Source: Octopus vulgaris (lineage: Eukaryota). From it: a stretch of 64,000 nucleotides of DNA. The stretch spans positions 12,090,001 through 12,154,000 of the forward strand of contig OX597825.1 in NCBI GenBank assembly GCA_951406725.2, given 5' to 3'. The first letter of the stretch is position 1; every line of letters begins with the position of its first letter. Of this stretch, positions 1 through 12,201 are shown one piece after another. Position numbers and translations under genes: made by a program. Below the pieces are notes generated by a model. It saw only the letters and a program-made list of their open reading frames with translations, did no database searches and had not been told where the DNA came from.

Positions 1-13
1 CCGAGTTCTTTTA

Positions 14-569
14 CCCCAGTTCGTGATTGATACTTATTTAATCGACCCCGAAAGGATGAAAGGCAAAGTCGACCTCGGCGGAATTTGAACTCAGAACGTA
101 ACCGCAGACGAAATACGGCTACACATTTCGCCCGGGTTGCTAACGTTTCTTATTTCTTTACTGCCCACAAGGGGCTACACACAGAGTACAAACAAGGACA
201 TACAAACCATTAAGTCGATTATATCGACTCCAGTGTGTAACTGGTACTTATTTAATCGAGCCCGAAAGGATGAAAGGCAAAGTCGACCTCGGCGGAATTT
301 GAAATCAGAACGTAACGGCAGTAGAAATACCTATTTCGTTACTACCCACAAGGGGCTGGCTAAACACAGAGTGGACAAACAAAGACAGACAAACGGATTA
401 AGTCGATTACATCGATCCCAGTGCGTAACTGGTACTTATTTAATCGACCCCGAAAGAATGAAAGGCAAAGTCGACCTCGGCGGAATTTGAACTGAGAACG
501 TAACCGCAGACGAAATACGGCTACGCATTTCGCCCGGCGTGCTAACGTTTCTGCCAGCTCACCGCCTTC
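14..569 (-). mobile_element. tRNA-derived SINE family A, one head plus about 3 tandem ~185-bp body units
   Basis: Reverse complement reads GGCGGTGAGCTGGCAGAAACGTTAGC...GAGTTCAAATTCCGCCGAGGTCGACTTTGCCTTTCATCCTTTCGGGGTCGAT (A/B-box-like head and body). The body repeats about 3 times; same family at 27270, 29441 and 30293. Confidence 0.9.
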
Positions 570-1684
570 TGCTACTTCGACCGTTAACTCGGTGGTCTCC
601 AAAGTTTTTCAGTATTTTCCCGCACTGCTTTCATTTGAATCAGTTCAGCTACGTTCGCCACAACCTCAATCAGTTCCACAATCTCTATCAATATTACTAG
701 TTTTATCACCAACGTCGTATTCACCATGCCCGCAGTTACCGTCAGCGTACATAGCGACGAGAGGAAGAATATTAAAAATTAGCAGAACAGAAAGAATGAG
801 GAAGAACTTAAAGAAATGAAAGTAAAACAGCAACATTAGGATGCGAAGAATATCAAATAAAATAAACGAAAAGAAAAGAAGTAAAAAAATGATGATGATG
901 ATGATGATGAAATGAAAGAGGAGGACAACATGAAGATGAACCATATTTTATGTCAGTTTTTATTTGTAATAATGTGTTTCGTTCTGAATGGCACACATGA
1001 TGGTTCATTGTATATCGGTAAATGTTTCGCTTTCAATCTGTTTGCTATCTAACATTACCTGTGGGAAGCGCCAGTTTGAAGGATTAAACTGTATCTTGTT
1101 GTTTTTTTTTAAAACTCAATAGAAGTTTTTTTAATAAAATTCATGTTAAAGGTTTTATTAAGATGTGAAGGTGATTTAGTTGTTTAGTGCCACCATTGGG
1201 AATACGAAACAAATATTGAGTGTGGATAGAAGAAAAATATTCATACGGATGTAAAATAATAAATTCCTGTACATTCACATTTATTGATAGAAAAATCCAT
1301 ACTGAATTAATAATATATATGAAAACACAGTTTTATGGTATAGGAAATACTTATATTCAGAAACAGAGTAGGTTAATAATTTCCTGTTTTATATATGTAT
1401 ATTTCTTGCATATTATATTCCCATTTGTTGAAAAGTCCATAAGTGTCGTTTGTTTACAGTTCAAAAAAAGGGGAAAAAAACACACAAAGTATTTTATCCA
1501 TTTCTTTGTTACTAAGGGACCTTTCAAAGTGAAAGCAAATGCAATGAAATGTCACATTGTCAGTTTCGTTTTCATTTATACGGATTTTCGCTTCTAACTT
1601 TCAACTCATAACTGAGGTTTTGAACAAAGTTATGCCACTCATTGCTTTAGAGAGATTCATAAATATATACTATATACTTCATGC

Positions 1685-1721
1685 ATACATACATACATAC
1701 ATACATACATACATACATACA

Positions 1722-1757
<36 letters not shown>

Positions 1758-1764
1758 TATATAT
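1685..1764. repeat. (CATA)n/(TA)n microsatellite
   Basis: Direct reading. Confidence 0.95.
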
Positions 1765-2136
1765 GTATTCAGTGATATCAGATCTGCATGAATAAAGTAA
1801 CAAACAAATAAAGTAAGAAACAAATATAGCAGAAAGGAACAGAAAAAAAAATCTGCTTGAAGTTCCAAATCCTTTGGTAACTCCATCGAATATTATAACA
1901 GGAAACACAAGCAAAATTTCAAAAAGTAAATGTGCGGTGGCGTGTGTATAAACGTTCGTAAACGGAAGAAAGATTGCTCGTGCAAAGAATGTATACAGCC
2001 ATGTTGTTTATTAAACAGATGAATAAATTGTAAATACTTTCTATATTCTGTTTTCCAAATTCTCGAAAACATGTAACAGCGGTACGTACAGACACATACG
2101 AAGAGGTATCGGAAGAGGCAATGACGTGTACTCGTA

Positions 2137-2565
2137 TGTGTGGTAAGAAGCTTGCTTCCAAACCAAATGGTGTCGGGTTCAGCCCCACTGCGTGGCACTT
2201 TCGGCAACTGTCGTCTACTACTGCATCGAACCGTCTAGTAAGTGGATTTGGTTGATGGAAACTGAAAGAAGCATGTCGTATATATACATATATATATGTA
2301 TATAAAGCAAATTTGTTATTTATTTACATTACACACACACACTCACATATATGTGTATATTTATGCATGTGTGAGCGTGTTTATGTCTGTTATTGTCTCC
2401 CACCATCGCTTGATAAAAGGTGTTGGTCTGTGTACATTCCTGTGAACTAGTGGGTCGGCAAAAGATATAGACATAATTCTTATCAGGTTTTAAAAAAATA
2501 GTCCTGGGGTGGATTTGTTCGACTGAAAAACCGTCATGGTGTCATATGACTGAAAAAAGTAAAAA
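2137..2565 (+). mobile_element. SINE family B (CORE-like), diverged copy
   Basis: Matches the family B layout (GTGTGGTAAG...GGAAACTGAAAGAAGC, microsatellite, tail ...ATGACTGAAA) seen at 7351, 37411 and 42545. Confidence 0.8.
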
Positions 2566-2604
2566 CATTCAAGATAATATATATATATATGTTTTCATAT
2601 ATAT

Positions 2605-2817
2605 ATGTATGTGTGTGTATGTGTTTGTCTCCCTAGCATTGCTTGATAACCGATGCTGGTGTGTTTACATCCCCGTCACTTAGCGGTTCGGCAAAAGAGT
2701 CCGATAGAATAAGTACTGGGCTTACAAAGAATAAGCCCCAGGGTCGATTTGCACGACTAAAGGTGGTGCTCCAGCATGGCCGCAGTCAAATTATTGAAAC
2801 AAATAAGAGTAAAGAGT
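2605..2817 (+). mobile_element. SINE family B 3' half
   Basis: CGATGCTGGTGTGTTTAC...GGTGCTCCAGCATGGCCGCAGTCAAA tail. Confidence 0.85.
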
Positions 2818-2825
2818 ATAATATA

Positions 2826-2906
<81 letters not shown>

Positions 2907-2929
2907 ATGTGTGTGTGTGTGTGTGTGTA

Positions 2930-2973
<44 letters not shown>

Positions 2974-2974
<1 letters not shown>

Positions 2975-3105
2975 CGTAACCATGTGTGAATCGTTGGCGA
3001 TTTTCTTCTTCGACTTCCGTTCTTTTGGACTTTCCTCTATTTCTGAAGAAGAGCTTTGTTTGCTCGAAATGTTAAATCCTCTTTCTTTCCTCTCCTAAAC
3101 GTCTC
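2974..3105 (+). mobile_element. Penelope pLTR-like fragment with decayed minimal hammerhead (3039-3077)
   Basis: ATTT-CTGAAGA-A-GAGC/GCTC-GAAAT-GTT-AAAT, adjacent to (TA)n. Related to 60250-60435 and probably 17558-17660. Confidence 0.55.
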
Positions 3106-3677
3106 AGAGAGAGAGAGAAAGAGAGAGATGGAGAGAGAGTGGAAGTGAGAGAAAGTGAGAGAGAGAAATATATAGGATGAAAAAAACAGAAGATTTGTTT
3201 TACAAGATTTTAGAGTCTATTAAAGCAATGCTAAGAATGATTTTACGCAATTTTGTACAAAAATAGGTTTTGCTCTGTCAATATATTTGAAATATTACTA
3301 ATATTCATATTACTAATCAAAAGAGAGTTGTAAGAGAGAAATTGGTAGGGAAAAAAATATTGCAAGGGGAGATAATTGTTCACTCATATATTTTGCAGTA
3401 CAGGGGAGGGTAATCTTTAATTTTAATTTTTTAGTTTTTTATGTTCTCTGCGAATCCGGTCTTATTTCAATTATGTGGAAAGAACAAAACCTAAGGTTTT
3501 GTTCTTCCGATGTACAAAATTGTATATTATCATATCAGCATAAGTCTAATATACTCTTAAATTTTGTACAACAAATCGTCCGTGTTTTTTTTTTTTTTAT
3601 CTTATCTCTTTCTCTATTTATATCCACCACGTGTATTTCCCCGCTGGAATATTTTCTACCTTTTACATATATATATG

Positions 3678-3734
<57 letters not shown>

Positions 3735-4250
3735 GGTTGATGTAATTGACTTAAACCCTTTGTCTGTCCTTGTTTGTCACCTCTATGTTTAGCCCCTTGT
3801 GGGCAGTATATATATATATATAGGTATATACGCACTATTACCTATGATTACGGAGATTAGTACATCGGCATATAGTTTTTTTATCTATATAAGCAAATAT
3901 ATAGCATCATTGGCTTAAATGTGTTCCACGCGCCTTTCTGCTGCATAACTATCTCGTCATTACATTTACATCGAGTTACTTTCGATTTGTCATAACCAAA
4001 AAATATTTATAATCAAGCAAAGCGAACCCAGGATTTACCCATCTATGAAAAACATTGTAATTTCTTAAGTACTCTATGGTGCTCTTTTCAGCGGGATGCA
4101 TTTATGCATCACCTTAGTTATAACTGAGTACTCGTACGATATGTATGCATGCATGCATGTATGTATGTATATATGTATGTATGGATATATATGGGCCAAT
4201 ATTTACTGGAAACAGCACTCGATAATATACGACACTATAGTAAAACTTCA

Positions 4251-4300
<50 letters not shown>

Positions 4301-4364
4301 ATATATATGTATGTATATATCTATCTATCTACTTATCTATCTATCTATATATATATATATATTT

Positions 4365-4775
4365 GTGCCATGGTGCAGAGTTCTATTGCCAGATATAAGG
4401 TCTTCTGGTAGTCACCCTTTTGTCCCAGGTCAGCCCTATCTCCTCCAGGCACTTGATGTAGGCTTCCGTGTGGGAAGATGGAGGCATAATGTCGCCATCA
4501 TTAATGATCACTCCAAAGAACAGGAAGTTGAGTGATTGTTTGATTTCTATCACTCTCGGTACACGTTTTGGTGACACGGCAAACCAACGGTTGTTCTGTT
4601 TGTTTACCATCTGATCCTGGTAGAAAATATTCTCGTCTGAGAAAAACCAAAGAATGTTCGGTTGGAGGAGATGCCGCGGTTTTCTTCTTGTTTTTGACGG
4701 CTTGGGATAAAAATCGACCCTTTCTCTATTGTGTGAGGAATACCGAATGAATTCATGCACTGCCTGGTTGATAAG
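4365..4775 (-). mobile_element. Tc1/mariner-superfamily (maT/DD37D-like) transposase remnant
   Basis: ORF 4383-4760 reads LWFFSDE...QNNRW...FGVI.NDGDIMPP...TEAYIKCLEE...RRPYIWQ* then NSAPWH: first catalytic Asp motif and a decayed second Asp motif. Confidence 0.85.
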
Positions 4776-4874
4776 ACACCGTAGGGATGAAAGGCGACCT
4801 CAGTAGAATTTGAAATCAGAAAGTAAGGACGGACGAAATGCAGCTAAGAACTTTGCCTGGCGTGCTAACGATTC

Positions 4875-5248
<374 letters not shown>

Positions 5249-5743
5249 TATATTTGGAGAATTCTATCAATATTACTCATTATTGACTTGGGGAACGTAG
5301 CCGATATAAAAGTATAGCGTTTCTATTCAAGATAACGCTTCGTGCATGTGAACACTTTTAAGACACCCGGAATAAAATGAAAGAAATTTTCTTGCAAAAA
5401 TTAAAACCAAGTTATAGATTTTTCTGTCTAGCTTTAACCACGGCGTTCACACACATTTCCCCGTGGAAAGAAGATACTTTAATTTATTGCATTTCAATTA
5501 TTATTGGCTGTCAAGTTCAAACCACCATGCACATACGTATTCAAGAAATATTGTTCAATATGTGGAGCTTCAAAAAGAACGTGTGGAACTTCCAACAGTA
5601 CTGCGCAAAAATTATCTAGTTAAATATATCGATTACATATCAATCTAGAGATACTTTTATAGAGTATTGATTCAACATATTGCAGTTCCCATTTTTATCA
5701 GTTTTGGAATATTTTCTGAGATCCAATTTTAAAAAGAATTAAA

Positions 5744-5783
5744 ATGTCTGATGACTTTCCAGGAAACTTCAGCACAGTCACAT
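5744..5783 (+). ncRNA. candidate type I hammerhead ribozyme
   Basis: Stem I ATGT/ACAT, core CTGATGA, stem II CT/AG, GAAA, stem III ACT/AGT, GTC cleavage triplet. Confidence 0.45.
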
Positions 5784-6100
5784 GACCACGAGCAACATTT
5801 ACTGTCCTTCGCCATGATCGCCATTAATACGATTTGCTCACATAAACGCCATTGTCACCAATAAGCAAGGCTTTCACAAGAAACACGTCTCTACTTCACC
5901 TACCAAAAGTAATATGTCTACCAAAAGAAACAACCAACACACTGCCAAAACCATCACCGCTATTGTCGACCACTCTTCCTCTCACATTCTCATATTCTCA
6001 CGTTCTCACCATCAACCTGGCTGTAAATGTTCTCTCTCTTTCACTATATCTATTGCCCTATTTCTGTTTATATCTGTCTGTCTGTCTGCCTGTCTGTCTG

Positions 6101-6174
<74 letters not shown>

Positions 6175-6226
6175 CACTCATTTAACATTATCCTCTATAA
6201 CTTCGCCGTCGTTGATCGCCAAATAT

Positions 6227-6287
<61 letters not shown>

Positions 6288-6310
6288 AGCTACTACTACC
6301 ACTACTACTA
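6227..6310. repeat. (CTA)n microsatellite
   Basis: Direct reading. Confidence 0.95.
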
Positions 6311-6319
6311 TTAATGTTA

Positions 6320-6562
6320 TTGAGTGCGAGGGCAGTGCATGCTATCAAAGTGACTCTGGAGGGAAAATATACGAAGCCCAGTATACCCATCATGACTACA
6401 CATGTGATAAGGGTACACAAGGTACATGCATCACAATCATATGTGCATGACTTGGTGATCTCATATCAAGATAAACAGCGCACGACATTGCAGTTGGGAC
6501 CGAATTAGTGTCTTCTTTAGTCCGAGTAGCCCATCCCGCTCAAAGGTCGCTGAATATAGGGT
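6320..6562. repeat. interspersed repeat fragment, probably a LINE 3' UTR
   Basis: GC-richer non-coding block abutting a trinucleotide tail; recalled as a common octopus repeat, but single copy in this window. Confidence 0.35.
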
Positions 6563-6566
6563 GTAT

Positions 6567-6622
6567 TCAACCAGGCCTTTCGCGACACACTTAAAGCCAG
6601 GAACTTTTTAGCACCCCTCGTA
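6567..6622. mobile_element. mariner terminal inverted repeat remnant with TA target dinucleotide
   Basis: TTAAAGCCAGGAACTTTTTAGCACCCCTCG-TA, the reverse complement of TA-CGAGGGGTGCTAAAAAGTTCC, a typical mariner TIR start. Confidence 0.6.
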
Positions 6623-7350
6623 TGTTCTTATCATCTTCAGCTGTGTAGCCGCAATTCAGCGCCATCTCTTGCCGCTATTTTTTTCCATTTCTCGTCCTAT
6701 GAGGTAAGAATATTAATGTTAACGATAAAGCAATGTGTTTTTAAAGCGAACGTCAGGTTCACACAAGAAAATATTTTTGGAAATGTTTAAAGGACTTCGC
6801 GTCTTTACTGGAGGCCCCTTGGTCTGATCCAATACACCAGGAATAAATAGAAAGTCGCTCACCTTTTTTCTTCTGAATATAAATGACTCAAGGATTTATA
6901 CCATCTGTAAATTTTGTTGTTGTTAGTTCTTTTTAAAATATTGCTATGATAAATGTCACTGATATTTATTCAGATAATCTGATGATATGCATACTAAATA
7001 TATTTATACAATTTTTGAAAAGACAGACGAAAATTCAGAATTACCATTTCTTGGAATTTCTTCCATGATATTTCAATATCTTCGTAACAATGTATTCCTA
7101 ATAATTTTTTCGATTTAATTTTGTACATAACCATGTTATTCTATGCATGATATTGATAGCATTATAATAACTACTTCAGGCTTCTTACATACATTGAACA
7201 TCGTTTGCATATATTATATCTCTTCGGTAATTTGCTTCAAAAATCATAATGAAAATCGCATGAAGTATTATATTATATTATTTCCATAACCTATTATGTT
7301 TCTGGTAAATTTTTGGAACATCATGTTTTAGAACATCATGTTTGGAACAT

Positions 7351-7478
7351 AGGCGCAGGAGTGGGTGTGTGGTAAGTAGTTTGCTTAGCAACCACATGGT
7401 TCCGGGTTCATTCCTTCTGTGTGACACCTATAGCCTTGTGAGTGGATTTGGTAGACGGAAACTGAAAGAAGCCTGTCG

Positions 7479-7514
<36 letters not shown>

Positions 7515-7747
7515 TATTTGTGTGTGTGTATATGTTTGTGTGTTTATGTTTGTCGACCCAGCATCGCTTGACTACCGATGCTGGTGTGTTTATGCCCCCG
7601 TAACTTAGCGGTTCGGCACAAGTGACCGATAGAATAAGTACTAGGCTTCCAAAGAGTAAGTCCTGGAGTCGATTTGCTCGTCTAAAGGCGGTGCTCCAGC
7701 ATGGCTGCAGTCAGATGACTGAAACAAGTAAAAGAGTAAAGAGTAAA
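7351..7747 (+). mobile_element. SINE family B with internal (TA)n(TG)n
   Basis: AGGAGTGG..GTGTGGTAAG head, B-box-like GGTTCA, internal microsatellite, tail ending AGTAAAAGAGTAAA. Confidence 0.9.
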
Positions 7748-8646
7748 TAGTACCATTCGAGGTAACGCTACGCACTTTTACTCGTTGTGTAGTATATCCA
7801 GTTGAATACTTTTTGTGTGACGTCTGTTTCTGTGTATTCTGTCTTTCTTTGTCTCTCGCTTGTCCTCCTCCCCATCTCTTTTCTCTTTCCTCTCTGAATA
7901 TTCACATTTCTTTCGTTCATTTCCTTTTTCGCCTCACCATTGACTCGATCAATCACGCTTCTCTCTGATCCTCCACTTCATTTTACACGGTTTGTTTTCT
8001 TAGCCTCCCGTTGTGACTTTTCCAGCTCTCAAGTCCTAATGTACAGTTTCCAGTTGTCCATTTCTACCGTAAATTTTTCTTTCCGTCATTCTACATTCGT
8101 TCATCTTTACAGCTGCACAAACTTTCTTCGTTGTACATGTTTTATCTATTGTCTCCATATCCACAGTTTATCGTGTTTCTTTACGTCTTTGTCTTGCACG
8201 TTCGTTTGTCCTTTCCCAGTGGGTCGTCGCCGCTGGCGCAACAAAATGTAAACAATGACATCGTCAAAAGTGCGGTATTTTTATGATCTTTTAAAGATCA
8301 TTTATTAATATTTACCTTTCCGGCGTTAAATTGTACTTTAGCGTCTGTCGCGTTGGTAGGCAGTAACAGTCTTGTGGAAGTAAACCAGATTCCGTCCTGA
8401 AATTTAATTTCAAATTAGTGTTGAGCTGTTACTCCACATTAAACCAGTCACGACAAACAAAATCGCAGGCCTCATTCCCCTCCTGGGAGGGGGTGAGAGC
8501 TACATGGTGTGGTTGAGGGTAGAATGCCACGGTTTCTTCTATGTGGATAGACTGGCCATTCCTATGTGGATAGTCTGGATAATTCTAACGAGGAATTAGC
8601 TACGAATTTTATGTTGTTCGCGTCAGATTATTGTAACATTATATAA

Positions 8647-8697
<51 letters not shown>

Positions 8698-8753
8698 TCA
8701 AAGACGTCTCTTAATGAAGTATTTGCGAGCAGAATTTAATAGCTATTATTAAA

Positions 8754-8802
<49 letters not shown>

Positions 8803-10659
8803 GACTTACTTGAATAATATCATTCGATGATTTCGTTTCTCTGATACTGAAGCAAGGCCGTTTATTATCAATGTCTGTTGCTTCGGCGGAGGTCATGTTA
8901 GAACGTAAATATCTATAAGGAAATATCATTATATTTTGACATTCTTCACACTAAATGGCACGGATATAAAGAGGAATTAACAATGTGGGAAAGGATGTTT
9001 CAGTCTTTTAAGGTGTTGAATTGCATTATAACTGTTCCAGATGACCGGATTAGCCCGCTTATCTTCCGTTACCAACGCTTTCTTAAATCGATTAAGAGAA
9101 CAATGTGCTCACTTCTCAGGAAGTGACCAATTTGAGAAAATTTTCCGTTGTATGCAGCAGCGCTACAACTTATAAATATTCCGCTAGTTTTGAAGTTTTC
9201 GGCTGCAGTTATGTTATTTGGTTCGAGGTGGAAGTTACCAGATTTACCTAGCGTTCGAATTATGTTAGAAAATTTTAAACTCATAAGAACAAAGAAAATA
9301 GAGATGTAACGCGATATTTTGAAATTAAAGAAAAGTTCTTCAAACGAATATTTCGCCAAATGCTCATTAAATCGTCGCTTTAAGAACGAAGTTCTCTCGA
9401 TTTCTGACAGGTAAATTAACGATATATAATATTACCATGAAAGAATGTAAATAATGAGCTCTGAATACGTCAATTCCTTTTCAAGAAATAGAAAGTAGTT
9501 GTTGAGAAACAGCTAAAGTTGATGTAATACGGACGTTGAATGAGCAATGAGACCTTGATTTTCATATGTTTATAAATTAAGAATTGAATTTGTTTAATGA
9601 AGTTTGAATTTTAAATGCGGCAATGATTATCGCTGAGGTAATTTTATCGAAGCAATTTTTTTTATCAAAAGCTCCTCGTATTTGGGTTCGACATATGTTA
9701 AGAATTTTCCAGATGCAAATTTGCATCGTATTATCTCATATGTTGCTTCAATGTATCCGTAAATTTCCCAAGTCCATTACTAATGAATTATTTTTCAAAT
9801 ATTCAAAAACCACTTAGTCGCTAACTAAGCCTCTACTTTATGCTAAAAGAACACAATTCTCTTGGATTTTTTTAAAGATTTAATGCTGCAAAACATAATT
9901 TGTCGAAATGTATATTTGATCATTGTAAAATACTTCTTTACACCTATATCATCTGTTGTGATGTTTAACAGAATATTTAAGATGAGTGTTTGCGGTGTGA
10001 AACGCGATAGAAGAAGAATAGATAAGATTCCAAATATATTGCAAAGAAGCCATAAAACTCTTTCCAATATTTATCGCAGATATGTCAGATCTATATATAT
10101 ACTTTATGAGGAATACTGAAGCAATATATTTAAGAATTGTTATTTATATCTGGGTATAAGGAAGAAAAAATGCATTCCAATGTAAACATTGATATTATTA
10201 CTCAATAACAGAAATATCCATTAAAATCATCGTAAAAATCTTTAGTGATTCTTTATTGTATAACGATGTTTACTGAATTCCCACCAACCAATGCAATTTT
10301 ATATTTTGGCTTTTCATTGCACAATAGAAAATTATTGTGATTCAAACATATTCGTGACAGCTTTCTAATCTTTGCCCTCTGAAATATTGCGTTGATTCAC
10401 AAATGGTAAAATATTACAAATATTGATATTTTAAGTAAATTAAAATGGTTAACAAATTCGTACTTGTTTGGTAAATGTTTTGAACTGGGACCGAATATCG
10501 AATCTTAAATATTTATGTCATGGAATTTTCATAATTGTTGTTTGTGAACATACAAACATGTTATAGTCACTTTTCCTTTAAATGTATGGGTATAGCAACT
10601 AATGTAGTACAAAAACGTTTCCTCTCACATCTTCACCGATTGATTGGGATCCATTCTTC

Positions 10660-10840
10660 AGTATCATCGCCTCAGAAGTTTGACGGAATTTTGAGGATTT
10701 ATAGCCATCAGGAACCGTCGATGCTTCCTAGGGCTAAACAGCGGTGGTGTAACCCCCTACTGTCACGTTCACGTTAGATTGACAGTATACAACCGTTCTA
10801 TCGCCCCACCACTGTACATATCTCTATGAGAGATTTAGAA
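10660..10840 (+). ncRNA. diverged structured-RNA remnant homologous to the 3' half of the 11248-11622 element
   Basis: Same order of stems and conserved motifs (AGCC..CGATG..TCCT.GGGCTAAA; ACAG..CTGT stem; CCCCTA; hairpin then TATAC; ATCTC-N5-GAGATTTA) with different stem sequences. Confidence 0.55.
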
Positions 10841-10893
10841 ATTTAATATTTCTAATAATAGATTGTCACAACGAAAAGTGGTTATAAGATATA

Positions 10894-11220
10894 AGGAGCA
10901 CTCCGTCGGTTGCGACGACGAGAGCCCCATCTAATACGATCAACGGAACAGCTTGCTCGTGAAATTAACGTGCAAGTGGCTGAGTACTCCACAAACACGT
11001 GTTCCCTTAACGTAGTTCTCGGGGAGATTCAGCGTGACACAGTGCGTGACAAGACTGGCCCTTTGAAATACAGGTACTACTCATTTTTAGCAGCTGAGTG
11101 GAGTGGAACAACGTGAAATAAAGTGTCTTGCTCAAGGTCTAAACGCGCCGCCGGGAATTGAACTTACGACCTTACGATCATGAGCCGAATGCCCCTAACC
11201 ACTAAGCCACACGCCTTCAC
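10894..11220 (-). mobile_element. tRNA-derived SINE family C, tail type X, 14-bp TSD
   Basis: Head GGCGTGTGGCTTAGTGGTTAGGG...AGTTCAATTCCC on minus. TSD GGTTATAAGATATA at 10880-10893 and 11221-11234. Confidence 0.92.
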
Positions 11221-11247
11221 GGTTATAAGATATACGAATATATTGTC

Positions 11248-11622
11248 TCGTTCAGAGATTTATTATTACTTGCAGACAGTTTTTCGAAATCAGTGACAGT
11301 AGTTACTAGAAAAACCCATAAGTATTTGCAAACAGGTCTTCCTTTTCCTCGTAAACCGGTGATCACCGTGCGTTGACAAGAGGCAAACACCTCGAAACTG
11401 CAGTCCGTGCGTATCACTTAGGCTTACGAGAGAGGGATGACGTCCCTTTGGAAATACCATAAGGGCACAGATAGTGTGCCTAAAGCCGGCTAGAGACGAT
11501 GATCTCCTGGGGCTAAAAGCTACAGTAACACCCACCCCTAGTGGTTAGCCATATTGAGATGGCTAGTATACTTTACGTTGTCGAGCGGTTACTGTTTACA
11601 TCTCGTTCAGAGATTTATTATT
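11248..11622 (+). mobile_element. retrozyme-like non-autonomous element: 355-nt monomer plus terminal redundancy, 12-bp TSD
   Basis: TSD GAATATATTGTC at 11236-11247 and 11623-11634. Direct repeat TCTCGTTCAGAGATTTATTATT at 11246 and 11601. Internal hammerhead and extensive predicted base pairing; no meaningful ORF. Confidence 0.75.
11359..11417 (+). ncRNA. type I hammerhead ribozyme, U3-A8 core variant
   Basis: Stem I CGTGCG/CGTGCG (two GU pairs) plus GTGAT/ATCAC, core TTGACAA 11373-11379, stem II GAGG/CCTC, GAAAC, palindromic TGCA, GTC; predicted cleavage after 11405. Confidence 0.75.
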
Positions 11623-12059
11623 GAATATATTGTCATTTGTTTTCAAATATACTGACATGGTCTTTAGTCGACGGGATTAATCTCCGTCAGCAGATATATC
11701 GCTATCCCAACCAGTTGTATCAACACTACAGCTTCAATAATCAATGAAGCAAACACTCCAACAGCAGCAACCAAACACACAAACACAAAATGTAGTGCTC
11801 GTGAGGAGGACCAACGAAGAATTGATGGCTCTCGTACTCTAATAGCCAGGAGGGACATCGAGAGAGAGAGAGAGGGGGAGTGATGTTCGCTAGTAGCTCC
11901 GTTCAAGTACCAGAAACAATAACGATGGTGCGGATACCTTTGAGAACATATAAAATCATTAGGGAGAGCTTCGTTTCCGACGTAGGAATCCCTAGTCTAA
12001 AAGCCAGGAGTAGGTTTTTAAGAGAGTTCCCAAATAAAATTTTGGGACTTCTAGAAAAT

Positions 12060-12201
<142 letters not shown>

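Noticed and set aside
8465-8580. GC-rich hairpin CCCCTCC/GGAGGGG and a 19-bp direct repeat as an HDV-like ribozyme
   Set aside because: No P1 partner or J4/2 found.
10614-10664. Minus-strand CTGAAGA...GAAACGTT as a hammerhead
   Set aside because: Stems I and II do not pair convincingly.
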